Below, one piece after another: positions 13,045 to 25,870 of a stretch of DNA of 64,000 nt (the first letter of the stretch is position 1; every line of letters starts with the position of its first letter). The position numbers and the translations under genes are program-made. The stretch is from Scyliorhinus canicula (Eukaryota), in NCBI RefSeq assembly GCF_902713615.1, contig NW_024055462.1, positions 562,132 to 626,131 of the forward strand, given 5' to 3'. The notes below the pieces were generated by a model. It ran no database searches, had not been told where the DNA came from, and saw nothing but the letters and a program-made list of their open reading frames with translations.

Positions 13045-13430
13045 CGGAGATTGAGGGGTCGACCTGATAGAGGTCTACAAAATTATGAGCGGCATAGACA
13101 GAATGGATAGTCAGAGACTTTTTCCTAGGGTAGAGGGGTCAATTACTAGGGGGGATAGGTTTAAGGTACGAGGGGCAAGGTTTAGAAGAGATGTACAGGG
13201 CAAGTTTTTTTACACAAAGGGTAGTGGGTGACTGGAACTCGCTGCCAGTGGAGGTGGTGGGAGCAGGGACAATAGTGACATTTAAGGGGCATCTTGATAA
13301 ATACATGAATAGGATGAGAATAGGATACTGACCCTGGGAGTGCTGACTTTAGTTTAGACGGGCAGCATGGTCGGCGCAGGCTTGGAGGGCCGAAGGGCTT
13401 GTTCCTGTGCTGTACTTTTCTTTGTTCATT
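13045..13430 (+). mobile_element. CR1-type LINE 3' end
   Basis: GDLIEVYKIM-type codons followed by the tail GGGCCGAAGGGC..TTCCTGTGCTGTA shared with SINE A. Confidence 0.75.
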
Positions 13431-13639
13431 GTATTACATAAGTGACTGCACATTGAGACGATGAGATTACTGGATACTCAAAGGAGGACACATTAGAAAG
13501 AGCTGTGAGTGTAATCAGCACATTGTTCTAATCTGGTTCCTCTGCTCAAAGCCAGACCAGGTCAGAAGCCCCAGGCTTCTAGATATTGAACCGTTTTGGT
13601 TTTAGTAAAGTCTTGCTAACCTGATAATAAATTCCAACA

Positions 13640-14260
13640 CATACTCAAATCCTCTTGCAATGAAGTTCAACGTACCATTTGCCTTCCTGATCACTTGCTA
13701 CACCTGCTTTTGGTGACACATGAACAAGGACACCCAGATCCCTCTGGATATCGGCTCTTCCCAATCTCTCACCATTGAAGAAATATTCTGCATCTCCAGT
13801 CCTCCCACCAAAGAGGATAACTTCACATTTTGTTTGTATTATCATCCATCTGCCATGTTCTTGCCCATTCATTATCCTGTCTAAATCATCTTGAATCCTC
13901 CTTGTACTCTCCTCACAATGCATATTCTCACCTAGTTTTGAGTCATCAGCAAACATGGAAATATTGCATTTAGTCCCCACATCCAAATCATTGATGTAGA
14001 TTGTGAATAGCTGGAGCCCAAGTACTGATCCTTCCCGTACCTCACTATTCAGTCTGCCAACCTGAAAATGACCTGATTATCTGGTTTCTGTGAATCCTCA
14101 ATCCGTGCCATTATACTACCCCCCCCCCCCCCCAATCTTATGTTTACTAACCTCCTCTGTGGGAGTTTATCAAAAGTCTTCTGAAGATCCAAATGCACAA
14201 CATCCTTGGTTCCTCTTACCTATTCTGTAGTAATATTATTAAACAAAATCTCCGAGCACT
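13640..14260 (-). mobile_element. CR1-type LINE RT fragment
   Basis: ORF 13645-13986 contains ISMFADDSKLG and QRDLGVLVH. Confidence 0.85.
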
Positions 14261-14434
14261 GTTAGAAGGACAGCAGGGAGTTCTCACTGCTCTCTGACTA
14301 ATAGTTTACTCTCAATCAATCTCACTAAAAGAATCACTGGTCATTATCGCATTGCTGTTTTTGGAGGCTTACTGTACACAGAGACATCCGAAGTTATGAA
14401 AGGCACTATATACTACAAAGGCACCATAATACCA

Positions 14435-14735
14435 TGTGCGGCATGGTAGCACAATTGGTTAGCACTGTTGCTTCACGGGGCAAGAGTCCCAGGTTCGATT
14501 CCCTGCTTAAGGCACTGTCAGTGCAGAGTTCTCCCTGTGCCTGCGTTGTTTTCCTCCGGGTGCTTCGGTTTCCTCCCACAAATCCAGAAAGACATGCTGT
14601 TAGGTAATTTAGACATTCTGAATTCTCCCTCCTTGTACCCGAACAGGCGCTGGAATGTGGCGACAAGGGGATTTTCATAGTAACTTCATTGCAGTGTTAA
14701 TGTAAGCCTAGGGGTGATAATAAAGATTATTATTA
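14435..14735 (+). mobile_element. SINE family D (family-A-like head, family-C-like 3' body)
   Basis: tRNA-like head, then GAACAGGCGC..GAATGTGGCGAC..AGTAACTTCATTGCAGTGTTAATGTAAGCCTA..(ATT)n; further copies at ~37315-37600 (-) and ~43735-44000 (+). Confidence 0.75.
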
Positions 14736-14875
14736 TAAATGCAAAGTCTTCCAACTGCAACCCGGTTACTGTGGCTATCAGCAACAGCATAGACACTCCC
14801 CTGTTTCATAATGAACAAGCTTCACTCCTGAATCTGATTAACAGCAGGAATAACTGCAGAATTGGAACATTGCAG

Positions 14876-15499
<624 letters not shown>

Positions 15500-15789
15500 A
15501 TGGCCAATGTTACTGAGTCCTGATCAAGTGACTCGGTTAGATTGATGTGGTGCCTGGGAGTCAGAGCTTCCTGTCTGTGAATCCACTCCTTGTTTAAAGA
15601 TTTATATCAGTAATTCCTGCAACAACAAAAAAGCAGAAATTGAGGGTGGATAGTTTTCTAACTTTACATTATTTTTGAAGCCACCAAACCTATTCTCCCT
15701 TATCTGTGTTCAAATGAGGCTCGCAACATCTGACCCTTTAAATTGCAACAGCAAAGGGACACTGACCCTTTAAATAAGCCGAGTACATG

Positions 15790-15860
15790 TCAGAGCCACG
15801 CATGCTCAGTCGGTTCAAGTCAAACGGGCCGGCAAAGCGCCTGCGCGTTGGCCAAATCCC
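15790..15860. promoter_or_regulatory. Degenerate NRF1-motif promoter remnant upstream of ZNF C
   Basis: ACGCATGCTC ~15798 and GCGCCTGCGCG ~15837, the same pair as at 9750-9792. Confidence 0.4.
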
Positions 15861-16329
15861 CAACGGAAAGTGTCGGGATTCTACGGATTGTAGTGCCATC
15901 ATGTCAATGGGAAATTGGAGGGGCCAAGGATAGATCCTTGGAGGACACCATGTTGGAGAGGAAAGGGAGGTTGGAGATGGGATGGCCGTTTGCAAGGAGG
16001 TTGGGCATCAAGGGTTGTTTTCTCAGGAAAGGTGAGGATAGTGTAGTGGCAAAACCAGAAGAGAGAGAGAACTGTGAACAATATCAGTTAATGTGAGGAA
16101 GTTGGATGGTCAGCGGTTTAGTGAGAATCGGATCAAGGGAGCAGAAGTCAGGTCTCATAAATAAGGTGAGATTGAACAGGACATGACAGAGGATAGGAGA
16201 GAAACCGGAGATAGATATGAGTTCACACTCAAAGACGAGGGGAATGTTTAGGGACAGTTTGGCCTGGTGGAGCTAGTGGAAAGGGGGGAAGCAGCAGAGG
16301 CAGCTGATCAGATTGTCCACTCACTGTAA

Positions 16330-17360
16330 TTACTTGTGAATTCGCTGATGTGTCCAGCAGGCTGGATGACTGAGTGAATCTCTTCCCACACTGGGAGCAG
16401 GTGAACGGCCTCTCCCCAGTGTGAGTTCGCTGGTGTACAGTGAGGTCAGATGATGTCTTGAACCCAATTGCGCAGTCGGAGCACCTGAACGGTTTCTCAT
16501 CAGTGTGAATATGTTGATGACGCATCAGTTCCCCGGAACTTTTAAAGCACTTCTCAAAGTCTGGGCATTGAAAAGGTTTCTCATCACTGTGAACACCCTG
16601 ATGGTGGAGCAGTTCCCGGGAACTTTTATGGCACTTACTGCAGTCTGTACATTTAAATGGTCTCTTCTCATTGTGAACACTCTGGTGATTCAGCAGAGTG
16701 GATAACTGAGTAAATCCCTTCCCACACTCAGAGCAAGTGAATGGTGTCTCCCCAGAGTGAACCCATTGGTGTGTCCGCAGGTTTGATGACCGACTGAACC
16801 CACTGCCACACACGGAGCAGGTGAGCGGCCTCTCCCCAGTGTGAGTGTGCTGGTGTTCACTGAGTTGAGATGACTGCTTGAACCCAGTCCCACAGTGAGA
16901 ACATCTGAACGGTCTCTCGTTGGTGTGAAAACGTTGATGGAGTATCAGGTCCCGGCAACATTTAAAGCACTTCCCACAGTCTGGACATTTAAATGGTCTC
17001 TCATCCATGTGAACTTGCTGGTGCGTCTTCAAGTCAGATGACCGAGTGAATCCTTTCCCATACACAGAGCAGGTGAATGGTCTCTTCCCAGTGTGAACTC
17101 ACTGGTGTCTCAGCAGGTTGGACGACTGAGCGAATCCCTTCCCACACGGAGCAGTTGAATGGTTTCTCCCCGGTGTGCACTCGCTGGTGTTGCAGCAGGC
17201 TGGATGATCGAGAGAATCTCTTCCCACTATCAGAGCAAGTGAATGACCTCTCCCCAGAGTGTCTGGGATGATGAATTTCCAGTTGAGATATGGTTTTGAA
17301 TCCCTCCTCCTCACATTCCCAGGGTTTCTCCTCACTGTGAACGCTGCTTTTTCCTTCCAT
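16330..17360 (-). pseudogene. C2H2 zinc-finger pseudogene D (MEGK type, ~12 finger units)
   Basis: 2-bp deletion in GTGTGT at ~17145, TGA 17099-17101, 1-bp insertion in the last finger, original TAA at 16330-16332; acceptor TTTCAG|A at 17467. Confidence 0.85.
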
Positions 17361-18250
17361 GGTCAAAATTCACCAATATTCAGGTTACGGTGAATTTGGT
17401 GACGTTGTCTGATCCTGATGTAATGTTTGATCTGAGTTTCCTGACTGCAAATCCTCCCCTTCTAACTCTGAAATTGATTTAAAACAGAAAAAAGGGAATG
17501 AGAGAGAACCCACAAAAACACAAAGGTAGGTTGTGAAATTGAGCTGAATGAATCTGGTAACTTGTGGGGCTGGCACTGGGAATAAGTGACCAGGAAAACT
17601 GTTGAACCTTTTGTGAAAAGTGAACTAGTTTGTTAATGTCCTTCAGGGAAGGGAACCTGCCACCCAGCCTGAGCCCACACAAGATTTGGGCCTTTGCAAG
17701 AACACAAGAATAGGAAAGTGGACCATTCGGCCCGTCAACCCTGCTCTGCCATTGAACACAATTGTGGTTGATCTCAGTCTTCATTTCCACTTTCCCGTTA
17801 GCTTTCTCTGTCCTTTGACTTCCTGAGAGACCAAAAATCTCACCATCTCAGCCTTCAATATATTCATTGATGGATCATCCACAATCCTCTGGGCGAGAGA
17901 ATTCTCAGCAAGAAACCGAGAGAGAAAGTCAAGAAGAATGAGGGAAAGGGAGAGAGAGCGAGAACAGAGTGGGGGAGGGGGGGGGGGGGGGGGGGGCGTG
18001 TGGTGGTGGTGATGATGATAGGTGGCATTGGAGAGGCATTTTCTCGACTGACAACTGAATCACAATTTGACAGAATCTCCTAAATACTTGACCTCCACCA
18101 CCTGGATGGACCAGGACAGCAGATGTATGTGAACATCACCACCTGCAAGTTCCCTTCCAAGACACACACTGTCCGATCTTGTCAGACATCCAGTGCTGGA
18201 GGAGCAGAACTTTCCTCTATTTAAATATTGACAAGACTGAACCCATTCCC

Positions 18251-18876
18251 GTCCACCGGGCTCACATGACGGTGGCCCAGATGAGTAAATATTTTGGAGT
18301 GGAGGACAAATGCGCGAGGTGTGCGGGAGGGCCAGCAAATCACGTCCACATCTTCTGGGCATGCCCAAAACTTAGGAGATACTGGGAGGGATTTGCGGAC
18401 GTCATGTCCCAGGTACTGAAAACCAGGGTGGTGATGAGTACAGTGGTGGCAATTCTTGGGGTCTCAGAAGACCCGGGGATCCAGGAGGAGAGTGAGGCCG
18501 ACGTCTTGGCCTTTGCTTCCCTGGTAGCCTGGCGACGTATACTGCTGGCATGGAGGGACTCAAAGCCCCCAAAGACCGAAGCATGGCTCTCAGACATTTG
18601 TAGGGCTGGAAAAAATAAGTTCGCCTTAAGAAGATCTGTATTAGGGTTCGCCCGAAGGTGGCAACCATTCATCGACTTCTTCACGGGGAATTAAATGACA
18701 GCAGGGTGGGGAGGGGGAGGGGAGATTAGAGTAGAATAGGGGGGATAAATAGGCAGGTACTGTTTATGAGAGAGGAGTGGTCTTTTGCACTATGTTTCTG
18801 ATTTGTGTTGATATTTGCACATTACTGTAACTGCTCACAATGCCAAAAACACCTCAATAAAATTGTTTATTTAAAA
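18251..18876 (+). mobile_element. 5'-truncated L1 3' end with 18-bp target-site duplication, nested in an L2-like element
   Basis: C-terminal zinc-knuckle region (CARCAGGPANHVHIFWACP...AWRRILLAWRD); AAGACTGAACCCATTCCC at 18233-18250 and 18877-18894. Confidence 0.9.
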
Positions 18877-19364
18877 AAGACTGAACCCATTCCCTTCCTG
18901 TCCCGGCTACAAACTCCACTCCCTTGCCACCAATTCCATTGCTGTCAAATGTCTGAGGCTAAAGCAGACTGTTCACAACCATGGTAAAATATTTCACTCC
19001 GAGATGAGCTCTTGACCACAGATCCACATCATCACCAAGATTGCCGATTCCCACCTCAGGAACACAGCTCACCTCCACCTTAGTCTCTATTCATCTGCTG
19101 CAGGAACCATCATCCATTCTTCTGTTACTTCTCAAACAAATTATTCCAACGCACACGCAGCCGGATTCCAACATTAAACAACCCCCTCCATCCCATCCCA
19201 AACTCTGCTACCCATGTGCTTACTCACACCAGCCCCTGTACCCACTGATCCACTGAAATGCTTCCTTTTAAAAGGCACAAAAGTTTAAATTTCTCATAAT
19301 TCTTTTACTCCATAGTAGTGATGATCCTGATCACTGTAATCTCCTCCACGTACACCCCTTTGAG

Positions 19365-19680
19365 ATTTACATAGGATTTACAGTGCAGAAGGAGGCCATT
19401 CGGCCCATCGAGTCTGCACTGGCTCTTAGAAAGAGCACTCTACCCAAGGTCAACACCTCCACGCTATCCCCATAACCCAGTAACCCCACCCAACACAAAG
19501 GGAAATTTTGGATACTAAGGGCAATTTATCATGGCCAATGCATCTAACCTGCACATCTTTTGACTGTGGGAGGAAACCGGAGCACCCGGAGGAAACCCAC
19601 GCACACATGGGGAGGATGTGCAGACTCCGCACAGACAATGACCAAAGCCGGAATCGAACCTGGGATCCTGGAGCTGTGAA
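19365..19680 (-). mobile_element. SINE family A, head-truncated
   Basis: Reverse complement of family A. Confidence 0.85.
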
Positions 19681-20039
19681 GATCTCTGCACTCTTTTAAT
19701 TCCAGCCATTTGAGTATTCCTGATTTGAATCTCTCCACCATTACTGCGTTGCCACGGCCTCAATTTCTGGAATTTCCTTCTTAAAACTCCAACTCTCAAA
19801 CTCACTTTCCTCAATCTAATATCTCCTCATGCGGCTCAGTGTCAATTGTTATTTTGTAATGTTTCTCTGAATGTCTGAAAAGTTATATTCTGTTCAAGTC
19901 ATAATATAAATTCGAATTATTGTCACTACCCTGGACACATATTCTGCCCTATAAATAGGAATTTGTAACTCAGAGTGAAGCAGTTTGCTGGACGCTGTCA
20001 TGAAGAAACGTTTCAGAAATGTTGCCCCCAACAATGATG

Positions 20040-20600
20040 GCAACTGAGCATGCGCTCTGCTGCTCGTGCTCCAATAAAGATGGTGGGTACGCATGCGCAC
20101 CGCTGCCAGTACCAAATAAAGATGGCGGCAGCATAGTCTGGTCTGTAACAAAGCTGCTGCCTCCGCTCAGATCCCCAGGCACCGGTAGGTAAATTTTCCG
20201 GATTTACGGTGTAAATAATATGTTCACGAAGTGTGTCTAACGATGCGCCTGATTCATCTCTCCCTCCGTCCCGCCATTCCCACCTTCACGGATTGCGAAT
20301 CCAAGAACGAACGTTTTTCTGCGTCGCCATTAATCACACTGCGCATGCTTCACTCAGCCCAGCCCCGCCCCCCTCATTCACGCTGATTGGTTGGAGGTCT
20401 AGTCACTCCGGACCCGTCCACCCTTTGCCTATTGGTCGGTGCTGCCTTCAATCACTTCGCGCATTGAGAGATGTCAAGTGAGAGGTCAGTGTTGGGGGGC
20501 GGGGTTTACAAACCCCAGTGGGGCCCTGGAGCCGAATGTGAAACAATGAACATTCTCCACTCTCACTGTCCGTCACTTCCGGCTTCTCTCCACAAACAAC
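20040..20600. promoter_or_regulatory. CpG-rich, probably bidirectional promoter between ZNF D (-) and ZNF E/F (+)
   Basis: GCATGCGC at ~20048 and 20091, AAGATGGCGGC 20119-20129, TGCGCATGC ~20340, ATTGG (CCAAT) boxes ~20385 and ~20432, GGGGCGGGG ~20496, ACTTCCGG ~20575. Confidence 0.65.
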
Positions 20601-20759
20601 CTCATCGAGACCAGGGGGGAGACACTGACCCAGTGACAATGTCACTGCATTAGTCACCCAGAGAGACAGGAAAATGTTCTGGGGACATCGGCTCCAATCC
20701 ATTCAATTCATAAAATCTGGAATTTAAAGTTAGTCTCAATGATGGTGACTGAGGGTCAC

Positions 20760-21390
20760 TGAGAAAATCTCCAATGTCACTGGATTAGGTCAAAAAGGCA
20801 GAAAGTAGGAAACTAGTTAGTTTAAAGTCTGTTGTTGGGAGACTGTTGGAATCTATTATTGAGGAAGCAGTATCTGGACATTTGGAAAGTCAAACTGCAA
20901 TCCATCAGAGTCAGCGTGGTTTTGTGAAGGGTAGATCGTGTTTGATTCATTTCTTTCAGTTCTTGGAAGATGTAACAAGCCAAGTGGATATTGGGGTCCT
21001 GTAGATGTATTTGGACTCCCAGAATACATTTGATAAGGTGTCACACAAAAGGTAATAACGTAAAATCCCACGGGGTTGAGAGGTAATATATTAACTTGGA
21101 TAGAGGATTGGCTAACCAACAGAGAGTGGGGATTAGATTTGTTGACACAGGTACTGAAGAAAAATATTTCTATCCAGAGGGTGGTGACGGTCTGGAATGT
21201 ACTGCCTTCGGAGGGTGATCGGGACGGGTTGCCTCACATCCTCTAAGAAAGTGCCTGGATGAAGACTGGCACGTCATAACATCGAAGGCTATGAGCCAAG
21301 AGCTGGCAAATGGGATTAGGTAGATGGGTCAGGTTTATCATGTGTTGGTGCTAACTTGATGGACCGAAATGCACTGTGAAAAAAATGAAA
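20760..21390 (+). mobile_element. CR1-type LINE fragments
   Basis: SQRGFVKGRSCL-like codons (AGTCAGCGTGGTTTTGTGAAGGGTAGATCGTG) and CR1 3' tail. Confidence 0.7.
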
Positions 21391-21394
21391 GGAA

Positions 21395-21920
21395 AATGAA
21401 ATGAAAATCGCTTATTATTACAAGTAGGCTTAGAACATAGAACAGTACAGCACAGAACAGGCCCTTCGGCCCTCAATGTTGTGCCGAGCCATGATCACCC
21501 CACTCAAACCCACGTATCCACCCTATACCCGTAACCCAACAACCCCCCCCTTAACCTTACTTTTATTAGGACACTACGGGCAATTTAGCATGGCCAATCC
21601 ACCTAACCCGCACATCTTTTGGACTGTGGGAGGAAACCGGAGCACCCGGAGGAAACCCATGCACACAGGGGGAGGACGTGCAGACTCCACACAGACAGTG
21701 ACCCAGCCGGGAATCGAACCTGGGACCCTGGAGCTGTGAAGCATTTATGCTAACCACCATGCTACCCTGCTGCCCCAAATGAAGTTACTGTGAAAACCGC
21801 TAGTCGCCACATTCTGGCGCCTGTTCGGGGAGGCTGGTACGGGAATTCAACTGTGCTGCTGGCCTGCCTTGGTCTGCTTTAAAAGCCAGAGATTTAGCCC
21901 AGTGTGCTAAACCAGCCCCT
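21395..21920 (-). mobile_element. SINE family C split by a nested young family A SINE (21431-21776)
   Basis: Family C halves (..ACAAGTAGGCTT | AATGAAGTTACTGTGAAA..) are contiguous in the unbroken copies at 25215-25395 and 38632-38803. Confidence 0.85.
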
Positions 21921-22139
21921 CTGAGTTGCTGATGATACAACGTTCGGTGGCATCATAGACAGCATAGATGATTGTGTTAAATTGCAAGAAGATATTGACA
22001 GACTAGGTGAATGAGCAAGATTGTGGCAATATAAACAAGTGTGAGGTTATCTGTTTTGAACCAAAAAAGGATCGAACTGAGCACTTTCTGAATGGAAACA
22101 GGTTCAGTACAGTGGGTGTCCAAAGAGACTTGAGGTTCA

Positions 22140-22740
22140 TAGAATCTACAGCACGGAGACAGGCCCTTCAGCCCAAACTGGTCCATGCCAACCAAAAGTC
22201 AATCCTATTGGCCTGTATTTGGCCCATATCCCTCTGAACCTTTCCTATTCATGCATCTGTCCAAATGCCTTTTCAGTGTTGGCAATGTCCCTGCCTCAAC
22301 TCCTTCCTCCGGCAGTTCATTCCGTACTATCCTCTGTGTATCCTCTATCCCATTAATTCTTTCCCCTCTTAACATAAACCTCTGCCCTCTGGTTCCCGAC
22401 TCCCTAGCCCTGAGAAAAAGACTGAGTGCATTCACCCTGTCCATGCCTCTCATGATCTTATACACCTCTATAAGATCACCCCTCAGTCCCCTACGCTCCA
22501 AAGAAAAGGGTCCTGGCCTGTCCAATCTCTCCCTATAACTCAGTCCCTTGCCTGGCAACATCCTTGTAAATCTCTTCTGTGCTCTCTCCAGTTTAATAAC
22601 ATCTTTCCTATAGCAAGGCGACCAAAACTGAACACCACACTCCACGTGCAACCTCACCAACGTTCTGTACAATTGCAACATAACTTCCCAACTTGTATAC
22701 TCAATGCCCTGACTGATGAAGGCCAGCACGCCAAAAGCCT
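22140..22740 (-). mobile_element. CR1-type LINE 3' region
   Basis: ORF 22205-22780: LYRTLVRLHVECGVQFWSP, LERAQKRFTRMLPG, LRGDLIEVYKIMRG. Confidence 0.85.
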
Positions 22741-22744
22741 TCAG

Positions 22745-23072
22745 ATAATTTACAGTGCAGAAGGAGGCTATTCGGCCCATCGAGTCTGCCAGAGCTGGAT
22801 AGCCCTGACAAAGAGCACACCACCCACTGATCTACCCTATCCCCGTAACCCAGTAACCCCCACTTAACCTTTTTTTGGGACACTCAGGGTAATTTAGCAT
22901 GGCCAGTCCACCTAACCCGCATATCTTTAGACTGTGGGAGGAAACCAGAGAACACACGCAGACACGGGGAGAACGTGCAGACTCCGCACAGACAGTGACC
23001 CAGCGGGGAATCGAACCTGGGACCCTGAAGCTGTGAAGCAACTGTGCTAACCATTATGCTACCGTGCTGCCC
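22745..23072 (-). mobile_element. SINE family A
   Basis: Full reverse-complement copy. Confidence 0.9.
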
Positions 23073-23079
23073 TATCTAC

Positions 23080-23400
23080 CTGTGACTCCACCTTTAAAGA
23101 ACCGTGCACATGAACTCCAAGATCCCTCTGTTCCATGATACACCCTAAGGCCCTACCATTCACTGTGAAAGTCAGACCTTGGATTTGACTTTCTGAAATG
23201 CAACTCCTCACATTTATCTGTATTGAACAACATTTGCCATTTCTCGGCCCACTTCCCCAGCTGATCAAGATCCTGCTGCAATTTTTGACAACCTTCCTCA
23301 CTGTCTACAATACCACCTATTTTAGTGTCATCTGCAAACTTATTGACCTTGCCTTGTACATTCTCATCCAAATCGTTGATTATAGATACTAACAGCAATC
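23080..23400 (-). mobile_element. CR1-type LINE RT fragment
   Basis: INDLDENVQGKVNKFADDTKIGG in ORF 23153-23398. Confidence 0.85.
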
Positions 23401-23822
23401 TCCGTGTTACTGATCTCCGAGTTACTCCCTACTTAGTTAATTACTCCAGTTTCTCAAATTTAGAACAGATTCCCAACCAGCCAATCAGCTTTACTCTGAG
23501 GTAAGTTATTTATATTTACTGTTCCGAAGCTCCTCCTGTCCGAGTTCACACCAACTCCGCTCCCTGTGTTGGTGAGATTCAGACCTGGGTGTCTGGAAAA
23601 TCGTTAGGACAGTAACTGTCCTGTAAGGTAATGAGTCCTTTTCCCAATTGGCCGAGGAAGGCAGTGTGTCACAAGGAAGGATGTGTTGACCGATTAATGG
23701 CTGGAGGATGGGGGCAGGTTATGTGATCAAACCTCCAGGAATACATTTAATCAAAGTTGGCGAGGAGAGAATGTTGTGAATTTTTATCCTAAACTGACAG
23801 TGAGGTTTCTGTAAATTTACAG

Positions 23823-24022
23823 GATACTGGAAGAGGAGGTTTAACAGACGGGAAACGCAAACCAAACGTCACATCGCAATCTGACAGCGTCTCGATTCAT
23901 CAGAATCTGAATTTCAGCAGCATCTGGGTGTGGAAGGTAAAAGGTTTGTCTGTTCTGTCTGTGAGGGAAGATTTCAGGTCTCAGTGTGACTGGAAAAGCC
24001 CCGAGATTCACAAACCCTGGTT
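23823..24022 (+). pseudogene. ZNF relic E: 5' part of the family coding exon, cut off before the fingers by a CR1 fragment
   Basis: Acceptor TTTACAG|G, leader similar to the other ZNFs (TGTTCTGTCTGTG..CAGTGTGACTGGAAAAG), then CR1 sequence from ~24020. Confidence 0.7.
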
Positions 24023-25526
24023 AGGCCAAACCTGGAGAACTGTGTTCAGTTCTGGGCAACAAACCTGAGGAAGGATAGAATGGCCTCGGAGGGAGTGTAG
24101 CACAGATTTACCTGAGTGATATCTGAACCCCCCGGGGTTAAATTACAAAAATAGATTACACAAACGAGTCAGAGACATGATGGCCCAAAGAAGGGCATTC
24201 GGTCCATTGAGTCCATGCTAGCTCTCTGGAGCAATCCAGTCGGTCCCATTCTCCTGTTCCCTGTATCCTTGCAGGTTTATTTCCCTCAGATGTCTGTCCA
24301 ATTTCCTTTTGAAATCAAATGATTCATTGTGTCCATTTTCAAACTCCCTCATAGGCAGCAAGTTTCAGGTCATTGCCACTCGCTGTGTAAAAACATATAT
24401 TTCATATCACCACATATCTCCTGTACCTTTTACATACAAACTAGGAGCAGGCCACTCGGCCCTGCGAGTCTGCTCAGCATTCAGTTGGATTGTGGCTGAT
24501 CTCATTCCAACTTCAATGCCACATTCCTGCCTACCCCTGATAACCATTCACCCCCTTGCTCATCCAGAATCTATCCAGCTCTGCGTTAAAAATATTCAAG
24601 GACTCTGCTTCCACTGCCTTTTAAGGACGTGAGTTCCAAAGTCTTACAACCCTCAAGAGAATAAAAAATCCTCATCTCCATCTGAAATGGGTGACTCTTT
24701 ATTTTCCAACAGTGATGCCCTTGTTGTAGATTCTCCCACAAGAGGAAACATCCTCTCCACATCCACCCTGTCAAAACCCCTCAGGATCGTGTATCGTTCA
24801 ATCCAGGCTTTACCCAAAACTTTAAATCTGTGTCCCGACTGCTTGTACGATCAGTGAATGGAAACAGAGTTTCTTTGTCCACCTGATGGAAATCTGCCAT
24901 AATCTTGTGTCCCTGAATCAAATCTCCCCTCAACCTCCTTTGCTGGAATCATTCTGGTAAATCTCCTCTGCACCTTCTCCAAGAACCTTCAGATCCTCCC
25001 TGAAGAGTGGTGCCCAGAGCTTTATAAAGATTCATAGAATAGAATTAGAACCATAGAATTCCTACAGTGCAGAAGGAGGCCATTCGGCCCATCGAGTCTG
25101 CACTGATTCTCTGAAAGGGCACCCTGCCTTGGACCACACCCCTACCCTGTCCCTGTAACTCCATAGCCCCACCAAACCTGCACATCCCTGAACACTAAGT
25201 GGTAATTTATGAATGAAAATGAATGAAAATCGCTTATTGTCACGAGTAGGCTTCAATGAAGTTACTGTGAAAAGCCCCTAGTCGCCACATTCCGGCGCCT
25301 GTCCGGGGAGGCTGATACGGGAATCGAACCGTGCTGCTGGCCTGCTTGGTCTGCTTTAAAAGCCACCGATTTAGCCCAGTGAGCTATATCAGCCCCGATT
25401 TATCAAGGCCAATCCACCTAACTTTCCCTTCTTTGGGCTGTTGGAGGAAACCTGAGCACCGGGTGGAAACCCACGCAGACACGGGGAGAAAGTGCAAACT
25501 CCACACAGTCACCAAGGCCGCAATTA

Positions 25527-25870
25527 TAGAATCATAGAATTTACAGTGCAGAAGGAAGCCATTCAGCCCACCGAGTCTGCACCGGCTCTTGGAAAGAGCA
25601 CCCTACCCAGGGTCAACAACTCCACCCTATCCCCATAACCCAGTAACCCCACCCAAAACTAAGGGCAATTTTGGACAGTAAGGGCAATTTACCATGGCCA
25701 ATCCACCTAACCTACACATCTTTGGACTGTGGGAGGAAACCGGAGCACCCGGAGGAAACCCACGCACACATGGGGAGGATGTGCAGACTCCACACAGACA
25801 GTGACCCAAGCCGGAATTGAACCCAGGTCCCTGGCGCTGTGAGGTAGCAGTGCTAATCATTGCCGCCAGA
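25527..25870 (-). mobile_element. SINE family A
   Basis: Reverse-complement copy; another 3' fragment at ~25045-25200. Confidence 0.85.
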
